Shown piece by piece: positions 52,319 through 64,000 of a DNA stretch of 64,000 nt. The notes beneath the pieces are model-generated. The model had not been told where the DNA came from. It searched no databases and saw only the letters and a program-made list of their open reading frames with translations. The DNA is taken from NCBI GenBank assembly GCA_038087875.1, contig CM075990.1, positions 16,246,001 to 16,310,000 of the forward strand. Direction: 5' to 3'. Numbering within the stretch: position 1 is the first letter of the stretch; each line of letters begins with the position of its first letter. A program made the translations under genes and the position numbers. Source of the stretch: Malacoraja senta. Lineage: Eukaryota.

Positions 52319-52523
52319 AGGTAGACACAAAAAGCTGGAGTAACTGGCGGGACAGGCAGCATCTCCGGATAGAAGGAATGGGTGACGTTTCGGGTCGAGA
52401 CCCTTCTTCAGACCCGAAACGACACCCATTACTTCTATCTAGACATGCTGACTGTCCCGCCGAGTTACTCCAACATTTTGTGTCCATCGTCGGTGTAAAC
52501 CAGCACCTGCAGTTCCTTCCTAC
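52319..52523. mobile_element. Penelope-like-derived repeat in inverted (hairpin) arrangement carrying a hammerhead motif; representative of dozens of copies
   Basis: AGACACAAAA.GCTGGAGTAACTC.GCGGGACAGGCAGCATC...GGGTGACGTTTCGGGTCGAGACCCTTCTTCAG followed by its inverse. Confidence 0.7.
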
Positions 52524-54118
52524 TTGGACCGAGTCGGTTTTTCGCAGGTATTCCGGTTTCGTCCTACACGAAAGCTGGAGGGTCAATGGGCCAATTCAGT
52601 TACCGTCATTGTGTAGGTGAGTGGTACAATATTGGGGTCATTGGTGAGGCTGTGGCTAGAATAGCCACTGGGGCATTGGATGAGGCGATGGGGTTAGTGA
52701 GGCGGCTGAATGGCACGATTCTGTGTGATGAGGAAATGTGAAACAGAATCGTACACTCAGGAACACGCCTTTCCAGACCCACAGCGTCGCCAAGCGCGGA
52801 AACAGGCCATTCGGCCCACCACGTCCATACCGCCATTTTTGCCTATCTACACGAATCCGATTTGCCTGCATTAGGACCACACCCATCTACCACTGTGTCG
52901 GAGGGGAGAGTGGTGCCGACCCGAAACGTCACCCATTCCTTTCTCCAGAGATGCTGCCTGTCCTGTTGAATTACTGCTGCACTTTGTGTCCAGGCTTCTA
53001 CAATTGTCTATTTAAGTGTCTCTCTAAATGTCTCTTATACCTGATTCCATTATCTCCTCTGGCAGTGTATTCGATATCAAACACTCTCTGCGTTTAAAAA
53101 AATCTTACCCATCGGGTCCATTTTTAGCCTTCTACAACAGACCCTTGGTTTTCATACGGTAGACAAAAGTGCTGGAGAAACCCAGCGGGTGCGGCAGCAT
53201 CAATGCAGCGAAGGAAATACGCAACGTTTCGGGCCGAAACTCTTCCAGCATCTGCAGTTCCTTCTTAAACACTTGTTTTTCATACCCCGTCTTGCGACTA
53301 TCTACCCTCTCTTTGCCTCTGTGGTCTCCGTCAGGTCACTCCTTAGCCTCCTTTGTTTCAGGGGAAACAAGCCCAGCCCATCCAATCTCACCCCATAACT
53401 CAAATATATATTCCGATCTAGTTGCTTCTGACTTAAACGCGTTCATGTGAAATATTTACATCCGCGTTTAAGTGCATCGGATAACATCGGCGTCCGATGA
53501 TGTTACGATGCAAGAGATGGGGGTCTTAATCCCAGTAAGCATAACCAACAGGTCCAAAAGAAAAATACAAATGCTGGAAGAACTCAGACAGCATCTGTGG
53601 ATGAAATGGGCATGCGACGTTTCGGGTCGGGACCCTTCTTCAGATAGATGGAGATGGAGATAGAGAAAGCTGGATAAGAGATGTGGGAGGCGGGACAAGG
53701 CTTGGGAAGTGACAGGTGGATACAGGGATACAGGGGAGCGGGATGGTGGTGCTCTCCCCACTTATCATTTGTCAGGATAGACACTGGAGTGAGCTGGAGT
53801 AACTCAGCGGGTCAGGCAGCATCTCTGGAGAGAAGGAATAGGAGACGTTTCGGGTCGAGACCCTTCTTGAGACTGGGAGTCTGGGGAGAGGGTAACCAGA
53901 GGCATGAAAGGGTACAAGGAACAAATGTATGAAAAAAACAAATGAAAGCCAGCACGGATGATCAAGGAAAGCTGGAGCCCACAATGGTCCATTGTTGGCT
54001 GTGGAAAAGGGAAAAGATGATAACGCGGGAATACGAATAATGGAACTAGTAGAATGCCGAGGGCGGGGGGGGGGAGAGGGAATGCAAGACACATGTCAGG
54101 CTTTGTCTAACCCCCCCC

Positions 54119-54155
<37 letters not shown>

Positions 54156-55189
54156 CTTTTTCACCCCCCCCCCCGCCCCTACTTATTCAGTCTGAAGAAG
54201 AGCCCCGCCCCGAAACGTCGTCTGCCCATTCACTCCATAAATGCTGCCTGACCCGCTGAGTTCCTCCAGCACATTGTGTTTTGCTCTAAGCTCCAGCGTC
54301 TGCAGTTCCCCGTGTGTCCACATGTTTACCTGAGAGTTGGTCTCAATGACACTGCGGGGCGTTTGGCACTGCGGTAGCGATGACATTATTCCCCTGCAGA
54401 ATCACAAGTTAGTTAATATCACTCTGGAAGCAAACTGCGGACAGGTTGACTTTCACCGCATTACAATGTCCATGGCGTTATAAATAAGGTGCAATTAACG
54501 GCGAGTACATTAAATGAAAAGTGGGCACTTATTCAGGGGTCTCGACCCTTCTCTCCAGAGATGCTGCCTGTCCCGCTGAGATTTTTGTGACCTTGTATCT
54601 TCGGTTTAAACCAGCATCTGCAGTTTCTTCCTACACAAATAGCAAGTATACCTGGGAGAAGTTAAACACTGTGCAGATGCTAACTGGAGACACAAGAAAC
54701 TGCAGACACTGGGACCTTGAACAAAACACAGAGTTCTGAAGTAACTGAACGGCTCTAAGGCATCATCTGTCTGAAGCGGGATCGCGACCAGAAAGTCGCT
54801 TGTCCATTCCCTCTTGCCTGGCCCTTCAAGTTCCTCCAACACTTTGTGTTTTGCAAATACTAACAGTTTATGCCAAATCCCTGTATTCCGATAGGAAATA
54901 AATCTGTAGGAAAGAACTGCAGATGCTGGTTTAAATCGAAGATGGACACAAAATGCTGGAGTAACTCAGCGGGACAGGCAGCATCTCTGGAGAGAAGGAA
55001 TGGGTGACGTTTCGTCCCTGTCCCGCTGCCTGTCCCGCTGAGTTACTCCAGCATTTTGTGTCTATCTTGGAAATAAATCTATTCCGTCCTAAAGTACTCG
55101 CAGTGTAAATAGTCGCTGGCTAATCTATACTCTACAGTCCACACTAGGGGTGGGAGGAGGCAGATTTCCTGAAACGTGTCTCCTACACC

Positions 55190-55771
55190 GGACGGTTCCG
55201 CACCAGACCCAATCAGCTGGGTGGGCGTCAGGGGCGGGTTCGGTTGGAGCCACCAGCTGAGGCAGGGAGCAGCATCGAGTCAGAAGCCGGAGACAAGACG
55301 AGGGGATGGGGAGCACGCCGGCTCGTTGGTGTGAATGGACTTCGCCGAGCCCAGAGGAAGGAGGAGCCCAGGGTTGTACAGGTGGGCGGCCGGCACTCGC
55401 CCTCCCACAATCTGCCAATGTGACCGCTCGCTAATCGCCAGCATCTTTCCATTCGTGGACTGAGCCAAGCCGAGCAAGACCGACGACTCCGGCGTCCCCC
55501 CGTCCCCCCCCCCTGTTTGAAGAGTGTACAGCCCCACTCGCCGTGCTGGCGGGAGTTGGATGCCCAGTCCCCGGGACGTGGGAGGCGATGCCCGTGTTTC
55601 CCGGCACCGACCTGCCGCTGCTGCTGCTGATGGTGGTGGTAGTGGAGCCACTTCTCTACCGGGGCTCCGCGTCCAGGTAATAAACAGTGTCCCGTCCGCG
55701 ACACCCGGGGGCCAGCAAAAGGGGAGGGCGAGGATTGGGCCGAAGTTGTGACCGCTCGCCGCTGGACAAGC
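55190..55771 (+). promoter_or_regulatory. CpG-rich promoter/5' leader of SLC18A3 (possibly shared with CHAT)
   Basis: CCAAT 55209-55213, CAGCTG E-boxes, CGTCA half-CRE, GGGGCGGG 55231-55238; high CpG density, repeat-free. Confidence 0.7.
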
Positions 55772-57325
55772 ATGGCTACCACAGCCGTGGTCGGGCTGGC
55801 CAAGTCAGCCGTGGTGAAATTTTCAGACGTGGTTGGGGAGCGGAGTAAACAGATCAGCGGCGCGGTTCACGAACCGAAGCGGCAACGCAAGATCTTGCTG
55901 GTCATAGTATGCATCGCCATGTTACTGGACAACATGCTGTTTATGGTGATTGTGCCCATTATACCGAACTACCTTGAAACTATAAGAACTTACAAACTGG
56001 TGTATCCCCCGTCGATTTCCAACGGAACCAATGGGTCGTTGCTCAACACGACGCGGAAACCGGTCTTGGAGAGGAGTCCAAACCCAAACGAAGACATACA
56101 GATTGGATTACTGTTTGCATCCAAAGCCATCCTCCAGCTTCTATCCAACCCCTTAACCGGCACTTTCATCGACAGGGTAGGGTACGATATCCCGCTGCTC
56201 ATTGGACTCACCATTATATTCTTTTCCACGCTCACGTTTGCCTTCGGCGAGAGCTATGCCATGTTATTTATAGCGAGGAGCATGCAGGGCCTGGGCTCTG
56301 CGTTCGCCGACACTTCGGGGATCGCTATGATCGCGGACAACTACACTGAGGAGTCGGAGAGGAGCAAAGCTCTGGGCATCGCCCTGGCTTTCATCTCCTT
56401 CGGGAGCCTGGTGGCGCCGCCCTTCGGCGGGATATTGTACCAGTTCGCGGGCAAGCGGGTCCCCTTTCTAGTGCTCTCCCTGATCTCCCTGCTGGACGGC
56501 ATCATGTTGCTCATAGTCATTTCACCTTTCTGGAATAGAACACGCCACAACATGCAGCAGGGCACGCCGATCTATAAACTCATGATCGACCCTTACATCG
56601 TGGTTGTGGCCGGGGCTCTCACCACCTGCAACATCCCCCTGGCTTTCCTGGAGCCAACTATCTCAAATTGGATGAAAGAAACAATGAATGCCAGCGAATG
56701 GCAAATGGGACTAACGTGGCTGCCGGCGTTCTTCCCGCACATCCTCGGCGTGTACATCACGGTGAAGTTAGCTGCTAAATACCCTAACTTACAATGGTTT
56801 TACGGAGCTCTGGGCTTGGTCATTATCGGGGCCAGTTCGTGCACAGTCCCGGCCTGCAGGAACTTTGAAGAACTCATCATCCCACTGTGTTTCCTTTGTT
56901 TTGGGATAGCCCTGGTGGACACTGCCCTCTTGCCCACCCTCGCCTTCCTTGTAGATATCCGTTATGTGTCTGTGTACGGTAGTGTGTATGCTATAGCCGA
57001 TATCTCCTACTCTCTTGCTTATGCCCTGGGTCCCATTGTAGCCGGGCAGATCGTCCACAATTTTGGCTTCGTGCAGCTCAACCTCGGCATGGGTCTGGTC
57101 AACATCCTGTACGCCCCTGCTCTGCTCTTCCTGAGAAACGTGTGGCAAATGAAGCCCTCGCTCTCGGAGAGAAATCTCCTACTGGAGGAGGGGCCAAAAG
57201 GACTGTACGACACCATCATCATGGAAGAACGCAAGGCGGCCAAGAAATCTCACGGCAGCTCGGCAGGTCGCCACTCCATGTCCGCAGCGCTGGTTGACTC
57301 CGATCAAGAGGACTCCAGTGAATAG
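55772..57325 (+). CDS. SLC18A3: Vesicular acetylcholine transporter (VAChT), intronless, 517 aa
   Basis: AGCATGG Kozak; [86 protein letters not shown] (di-leucine sorting motif); 12-TM MFS. Confidence 0.98.
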   Translation: MATTAVVGLAKSAVVKFSDVVGERSKQISGAVHEPKRQRKILLVIVCIAMLLDNMLFMVIVPIIPNYLETIRTYKLVYPPSISNGTNGSLLNTTRKPVLERSPNPNEDIQIGLLFASKAILQLLSNPLTGTFIDRVGYDIPLLIGLTIIFFSTLTFAFGESYAMLFIARSMQGLGSAFADTSGIAMIADNYTEESERSKALGIALAFISFGSLVAPPFGGILYQFAGKRVPFLVLSLISLLDGIMLLIVISPFWNRTRHNMQQGTPIYKLMIDPYIVVVAGALTTCNIPLAFLEPTISNWMKETMNASEWQMGLTWLPAFFPHILGVYITVKLAAKYPNLQWFYGALGLVIIGASSCTVPACRNFEELIIPLCFLCFGIALVDTALLPTLAFLVDIRYVSVYGSVYAIADISYSLAYALGPIVAGQIVHNFGFVQLNLGMGLVNILYAPALLFLRNVWQMKPSLSERNLLLEEGPKGLYDTIIMEERKAAKKSHGSSAGRHSMSAALVDSDQEDSSE

Positions 57326-57704
57326 ATTGCGCTCGAGTATTATGCATCCGAAACAGTGAGATTCCAAACACTCCAATCTTTCCAGGACAAAACTAAATGT
57401 AATGCAACTTAACTCCGTGATGTACTAGCTGTCTAATATAATCCGGATTCTTCATTTTGTCATATTTGCCGTGCACTACTTCCGTATTATTTATGTAAAC
57501 GCAACGTTCTCGGGTCTTATCGGAACGGAGAAATTGACAAAAAAAAGTGGAAATGTGACAGTCAAGATTCAGCGTTAAAAAGTAAATCTCATTTATTATT
57601 TAAATAATGTCTAGTGCAAAATGTCATCGAATGACTGTGAGTTTTAGGTTATACATCTGTATTAAAAGAACTAAGTGTATTAATTTTTTCAGGGATCTGA
57701 TGGG

Positions 57705-57710
57705 AATAAA
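57705..57710 (+). terminator. Candidate SLC18A3 polyadenylation signal
   Basis: AATAAA 380 nt after the stop; ATTAAA also at 57661; AU-rich elements upstream. Confidence 0.55.
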
Positions 57711-59961
57711 ACAAATACTATGTAGCGAATGCTCCTTATATCGCCCCCATGAGTTGAACTGAGAAAAAAAAACTATGGTGTATTCCTCTCTGCGAATGAA
57801 CCTCTGTCACGGACTATTTTCACCTATATGTGCTGCTATATCATAACTTTGTGTCAGATTAAAGGTTGGAACAAGAGGTGATGAGTAAGTTTCGGTAAAT
57901 TGGTTACGCCAGTGTTCATGCATTCCAAGTAAAGGATTCAAAGGTCTTTTATTGACACGTGTACCAATTAAGGTACAGTGATATGTGAATTACCATACAG
58001 CCATACGAGAAAAAAAAGCAACAAGACACACAACTACATAAAAGTGAACATAATAATCCACCACAGCGGATTCCCCACATTCCTCGCTGTGATGGAAGGC
58101 AAAAAAAAAGGTTGAAGCGCAAAATTAACGCTTTCTGATAGCCGAGGGGACTATTTTAATTATTTTTCTGGACACTATTTTTAAACCATGACAACTTACA
58201 TAAAATGATAAGTAAACGGATAAATACTAGGAGAGAATGTGGACACAGCATTCACTCCGGGTACATTCCAGAACACCCTCAGTACATGTGATTACATACA
58301 TAATACTAATTTTGAACACACGCACAACTATGTTATGTTTCCATAAATTCCAGACTTTTGGGGAATTCCACTTCAGGCGAACAAACCTGGTTTTAATATA
58401 AACGTGAAGATAGACACGAAAAGCTGGAGTAACTCAGCGGGTCAGACAGCATCTCTGGAGAGAAGGAATGGGTGACGTTTCGGGTCGAGACTCACCTGCG
58501 GACCGAAAGTCAGGGGAAAGGGAAACGAGAGATATAGACGGTGATGTAGAGATATAGAACAAATGAATGAAAGATATGCCAACAATTAACGATGATATAA
58601 ACGCAGAACGATGACATTTGAAACGTCATTTGAAACGTCAGAAACGCAGAACTCAACATTTTGCGTTGAGCCTGTGGCATTTTGTTCGGATTAAGGATGA
58701 AAGAAGTTTAGTTCTTTACTAAAATCGGGTGGAAACCCCCTACTCGAAAATTGTTCTCACCTCTAATCCCATTGATCCGAACTCCCCTGTAAACAGCAAA
58801 CCGCGGAGGTATAGCAAAGCCACAAAGGCAAGGTGGAGGGAAAAAAATGATTGTGATTCACGTCCCCCGTGAATGGATTGAGTTTTGAAAAAAAAACATT
58901 GTCCCGACCCAGAACGGTGGGAATTCACTCGATTGCGGTTTTCAATGGGAAATTAAAAATAACATTCAAAAGAATAAATTAAGAGAGCGGTGTGGAAGTG
59001 CAGCCGAGGAACGGAACCGAACCGTAAACACGGATTAACTTCGTTCCCACGGAAGAGCCACTTCTTGGTTCATAGATTGGTGAAAAAATAATAGCTAAAA
59101 ACAGCATATTAATGAATGAGTAAAATAAACGTTCACTCGTCTCGGACTCTGATTCACCTTGGAGTTATTATTGGTTTCATTGGACCCACCTCCGCTGATT
59201 TTTATTCCACAGCCGAAGAAAACGGTTTGCTGAAAGATCTCTTAGCGTGAGCATAATAATACTCAGATTTCACATGCGACAGACACAGCTCTCGTGAGCC
59301 GGGTTGCAAACAGCGACTCACAAGCCCAAATCCACAAACATTCGCACGGGAAACCCCGATAGACACGATGCTAAAAGCGGCTACAAAGCGATCAGCTCTT
59401 GAATGCAGAGACAACACTAATGGGACTCGTTAAAAGTCTTAGAATCAAGATTCAATATGAAATTAAATCTATAATTCACGACAAAGAATGTGATCTTACG
59501 ACATCGAGATTGTGTTTAAAATTCGTCCACACAATGCTATGAAAGTAGATGAACTATTGTTACTAAATTAAATATAAAATATTGCAATAAACGAAAATAT
59601 TTCGAATATTTTTTATTGATAATTGGAACTAATCGAGCATTGCACCGTTTGAGAGGTAGTTTCAGGTATGTAGCGGATGGTTTGGAAATATGTTAACGGA
59701 GCGCACGGATGAGCATTGTCTGTGGAGGTTCAGTGGACACGGTCTGTGTTGGGCTACGCGCGGTTTACAATGGTGACAATTATACGGCCTTTATTCAGAA
59801 CCTGCATCAGTTCGGCAAACTTCAGCGGAGGCAAAAACCGCCCAGAATAACCAGCAACCGTTATCCTCTGCTGTCTGATTGAGCAATCCCTTGTGGGGTA
59901 TGTGAAGCACTTTACCAACTTTTGTCCATACACTTAATTTCTTCAAATTATTGCACTTAGG

Positions 59962-60000
59962 ATGATGCCTATTGGAGACAGGGAACGCCTCAGCTATTCA
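59962..60000 (+). CDS. CHAT: CHAT first coding exon (40-nt exon 59961-60000)
   Basis: ttgcacttag|G ATG ATG CCT ATT ... MMPIGDRERLSYS|GTAAGT; MPI start as in vertebrate ChAT; phase 0 fits the next exon. Confidence 0.8.
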
Positions 60001-61009
60001 GTAAGTCTCTCGGAATAGAATCAACGTTTCAGGTTGATCATATTTCATCAGAAACTACCTCCACCGACGCCAGTGTGTAGGAAGGAACTGCAGATGCCGG
60101 TTTAAACCGAAGATGGAAACAAAAAGCTGGAGTAACTCAACGGGCCAGGCAGCATCTCCGGAGAGAGGAATAAGTGACGTACCAGGTCCGAAACGTCACC
60201 TATTCCTTCTCTCCAGAGATGCTGTCTGACCAGTTGAGTGAATCCAGCTTTTTGTGTCTATCCACCGACGCCAGGTTCTGTAGACGTTACTTTATGGACA
60301 TTTGTTGCTGAGAATTGCATGCATAACCTAGCAGAGAAGGAAAGCCCGCCGTACAAAAGCAGCGTACAAACACCCCTTACCTCTCCACACCGACCCCCCA
60401 CCCCCACCTCTCGCCGCCCAGCCTCAAACTAATAATACTGGCCTCTGTAATGAAAGTGCGTGGATGCTGTGTTGCGTCTGTTGGTGTCGGCTGTAATGCT
60501 GGGCGAATAGGGAAAGGGGGAGTGTTCTGCCCTGTGGAGGGAGAGTATAATCGAGCTCGCTATCCTTCCTGTTCAAGCTCCATCGCTGACACGGTCGGGG
60601 AACTGAGAACGGACTCGAGTTGCGCAGCGTCCAGTTTCCGGTATCTAGTTCCAACCATGGGTCTGAAAGCGGTCTCTCTCTCGAAGCTGCATCCCCTCTG
60701 CTTCCACGTGAATTCCTGAGGCTCGGTAAGTACCAACGCCGATTTCTCACATCCAACTTCGGAAACGACCAGTGCCTGTGAGCTGAACGGAAAGTGATGG
60801 TGGAACTAACTCCGGGGGGTCGGGCAGCATCTGTGGAGGGAATGGACAAGCGCCATTTCGGGCCGGGAACCTTCTTCAGGCTGCGAGATAGTTACTGTAG
60901 TTCCATTTATAGGTTGCGTAAAATTGGGTTATGAATAGATTCGTTAGAGTATCCATTGGGAACCTTTTATTACCCTTTATATCTCTCATTTCCCTTTCCC
61001 CTGACTAGT

Positions 61010-61037
61010 CTGAAGAAGGGCCTCGACCCGAAACGTC
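61010..61037 (+). ncRNA. Minimal hammerhead ribozyme motif (Penelope-type)
   Basis: CTGAAGA-A-GGG(CCTCGA)CCC-GAAA-C-GTC: catalytic core, stem II, palindromic ACGT stem III, GUC cleavage triplet; similar motifs at 31172-31199(+), 50828-50855(+), 52384-52411(-). Confidence 0.55.
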
Positions 61038-61189
61038 ACCCATTCCTTCTCTCCAGAGATGCTGCCTGTCCCGCTGAGTTACTCCAGCATTTTGTTACAG
61101 CTATACAACATGTTGGCGACGCCGCATTTGGAGTATTTTGTTCCGTTTTACTCATTTGGAATTGGGCGGATACGATAACAGCATTTTAA

Positions 61190-61715
61190 AAGACACTTGG
61201 GCAGGTATATGGATATGAAGGATGTCATTAACTTGCTGGAAAGGGTGCAGAGAAAATATACGAAAATGTCGCCAGTACTCGAAGGCCTGAGCTGAACGCT
61301 GGGCAGAGTACGACTTTATTTCTTGGAGTGCAGGAGGCTGAGGGATGATCTTATAGAGCTGTATAAATCCATAAAGGAATAGATGCGGTGAATGCACGGG
61401 GCATTTTACCCAGGGTCGGGGAATCAAGAACCAGAGGGCGTAAATAAGTTTAAAGTGAGAGGGGGGAGATTTAATAGGAACCCGAGGGGCAACTTTTATT
61501 TCACTTTGGAAGTGATTGGTGCATGGAAATAGCTACCAGAGGAGGTAGTTGAAGCAGATGCTGTAACACCATTCAAAAGATAATTTCCCAGGTACATAGA
61601 TAGAAAAGGTTTAAATGGATTTGAGCCAAACGCGGGCAGGTGCGTCTAGCTTAGATGGCGGCACTTTGGACGGTAGGGACGAGTTGGGCCGAAGGGCCTG
61701 CTTCTGTACTGTGTG
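61190..61715 (+). mobile_element. Degenerate CR1 LINE 3' fragment in a CHAT intron
   Basis: GGAGTGCAGGAGGCTGAGGGATGATCTTATAGAG...GGGCCGAAGGGCCTG CR1 signature. Confidence 0.8.
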
Positions 61716-63684
61716 ATCCAATTACTCCACAACGCTTTTGATCCATGTTCCTGGCGCTGGAATATTGACTGATTCACATTCTTCGCTTCAGCCTTCCCTG
61801 TTTTATCCTCAGTTATTTGCATCGGTGTTTACAACTGTTTAACATGCTAAAGATCTTGATGCTGGACGAAGTATTGCGTGGCACATGTTTATTTCCTTCA
61901 ATTTAAGTGTCAGAAAGTGGTTCATGACGGGCAGAGGGCTTACACTTCATTAGCAGGTGGGGAGCATGGTAAAATAAAAGACAACGAAGTATAGGGGGAT
62001 GGGTAAATGTCACACAATATAAAGTGTTAAATGATAGATGAAGAACTGTGATTTACACATGAACGCGCTGGCTATTTGGAAACGTACCCACTTGCATTTT
62101 CTCTTTAATGCAGGAGATATTCGCACCTGTACCAGCGTGCCCGCCATTCACCCGGCGATAACGAGTGGCCGCGACGAGACTATGATAGTTCCGCGTAAAT
62201 CCAATCAGGACTTGATCCGACCCCGATCTCGCAGGAACAGCTATGTATGACAGCTTTTATACACACTGGTCGTTCGGGTGCAGGCGTGAAAGTAACAATC
62301 GTTATCTCATTTGATGTGCGGAAGTTTTATAATGTAACTGTGCAGTTTGACAACCACATGTTTTCACACAGGGTGGAGGAGATGCAACAATCTAATGGTT
62401 CCCCAATGCAGTACAGAGATGCTGATTTTCCCGCTCCACACAGACACGCAATGTAATAACCCCGACCGATAAATTAACTATAGGACCCCGGCCTCACAGC
62501 GCCACGGACACGAGTTCGATCCTGACTACGGTCACTGTCTGTGGGGAGTTTGCACGTTCTCCCTATGACCACCTCCTGTTTCCTCCCACGTCCCAACAAT
62601 GTGCAGGTTGGCAGGTTAGTTGGCCACAGTCATTTGCCCCAAGTGAGTAGGTGAGTGGTGGAACCTGGGTGTAGTTATTGGAGTGTGACATGAATTAGAG
62701 CAGGATTAGTTGCTTGGTGGTTGACAGCGACTCGCTGGGCCTTAGGGCTTGTTTCCGTGTTGTATCTCGCTATGTCTACACTGTGGAGGTTGTAACATCC
62801 CTTTAAGAGTTGTACCGTGGGACCATTGACAATACAATATTACATTGCAAATATTGAACTGGCTGGGCTACATTTTCTGTTGAGAATGGGTAGAGAAAAG
62901 GATGCAAGTTATTTTATTTTACAAAGTACCTTCTTGGTTTAACTAACTACCTTCCGGTACCTTAGGCGCTGACACTGATGTAGAGGGAGAGGGCAAATTG
63001 TTTTGCCACAATCCTGATCAAGAATGAAGAACGAAAATCCCTTGAGAATTTACTAATACTGTTTGTGTTCATATAGTTCAAGCCGTTTTTCGCAGAAATG
63101 CACGGGAGCCTCTATTGAGATTTATGAGATCTGACCTGTTAGAAAACAAACTTGGACGGGGACGTGGATAGGAAAGGTGTAGAGAGACATGAGCCAAACA
63201 CGGGCAAACGGGACTAGTGTAGATGGGGTATCTTATAGTCCGTATGGACGAGTTGGGCTGATGTGTCCGTGCTGTACGACTCCATGCAGACAATGCCCCA
63301 TTATAATCACAAGAAGTTATAAATGATGCACATTTACCAGAACGCAAAGCATAATTTGCCACGAAAGCGACAAAGTCTACAAATATATACACTGTGCTGC
63401 AAGAGAGAGCTAGATAGGGCTCTTAAAGATAGCGGAGTCAGGGCATATGGGGAGAAGGCAGGAACGGGGTACTGATTGGGGATGATCACCCATGATCACG
63501 TTGAATGGCGATGCTGGCTCGAAGGGCCGAATGGCCTACTCCTGCACCTGTTGTCTATTGTCTATAACAATTAACCTGCCTATGGAGCCTGTACAGTTTA
63601 ATAGTTTTCACTGTTCAACATTTTCTTAATCAATCTTCATCATGGTTGTTGAAATGGATTTTATTTTTTTTCTGTAACCTGTAG

Positions 63685-63876
63685 GTGTTGCCCAAATATC
63701 CCGTCCCTTCTCTGCAGGAGACACTGGACACCTACCTAAAATCCGTGAATCACTTGGTCACGCACGAGCAGTACCAAACCACCAAAGCCATTGTGGAAAG
63801 TTTTGGCGCCACTGGCGGGATGGGCGAACTTTTGCAGGAACATTTGGTAAAGCGAAAAGAAAAGAAAGTTAATTGG
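63685..63876 (+). CDS. CHAT: Choline O-acetyltransferase, second coding exon; gene continues beyond window
   Basis: cctgtag| acceptor; VLPKYPVPSLQETLDTYLKSVNHLVTHEQYQTTKAIVESFGATGGMGELLQEHLVKRKEKKVNW; 192 nt; TGG|GTAATG donor; downstream of VAChT as in the cholinergic gene locus. Confidence 0.95.
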
Positions 63877-64000
63877 GTAATGGCAGAACTTCATTCTTTC
63901 AAAGAGATGCGTGCATTTTACTGAATGTGCTCTTCAGAAACAGCTGCGAAGAAAAGACTGCAACAATAAAATTACTTCTGCGATGTGTGATGGATCTTGT

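Noticed and set aside
55748..55771. ORF-track start of VAChT at 55748 (525 aa)
   Set aside because: That codon is GTG; the first ATG in good Kozak context is at 55772
55990..57376. Antisense ORFs over SLC18A3
   Set aside because: Shadows of a GC3-rich sense CDS with no independent motifs

Overview
Eukaryotic genomic DNA from a cartilaginous fish. The dense elasmobranch-type tRNA-SINEs, CR1 LINEs and Penelope-derived repeats suggest a skate or ray (inference). Gene order: LRIT1 (minus, 4 coding exons, 3' end runs off the window), RGR opsin (plus, complete, 7 exons, 295 aa, Lys255), then the nested cholinergic locus with intronless SLC18A3/VAChT (517 aa) and the first two coding exons of CHAT. 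Between LRIT1 and RGR lie a ~4.7-kb degenerate DIRS1-type tyrosine-recombinase retrotransposon with intact ITR/ICR architecture, a long (TG)n block, and a GC-rich island. That island looks like an unrecognised small secreted-protein gene (signal peptide, RNRR site, Cys-rich segment, splice sites, stop, AATAAA, one frameshift), head-to-head with RGR. Other highlights: a VAChT-leader uORF whose stop overlaps a splice donor that would fuse a hydrophobic 30-aa N-terminus in frame onto ChAT; a strong RE1/NRSE site ~15.8 kb upstream of VAChT; many minimal hammerhead-ribozyme motifs in Penelope-like repeats; and several nested TE insertions with readable target-site duplications. All calls were made by eye, with no database searches.
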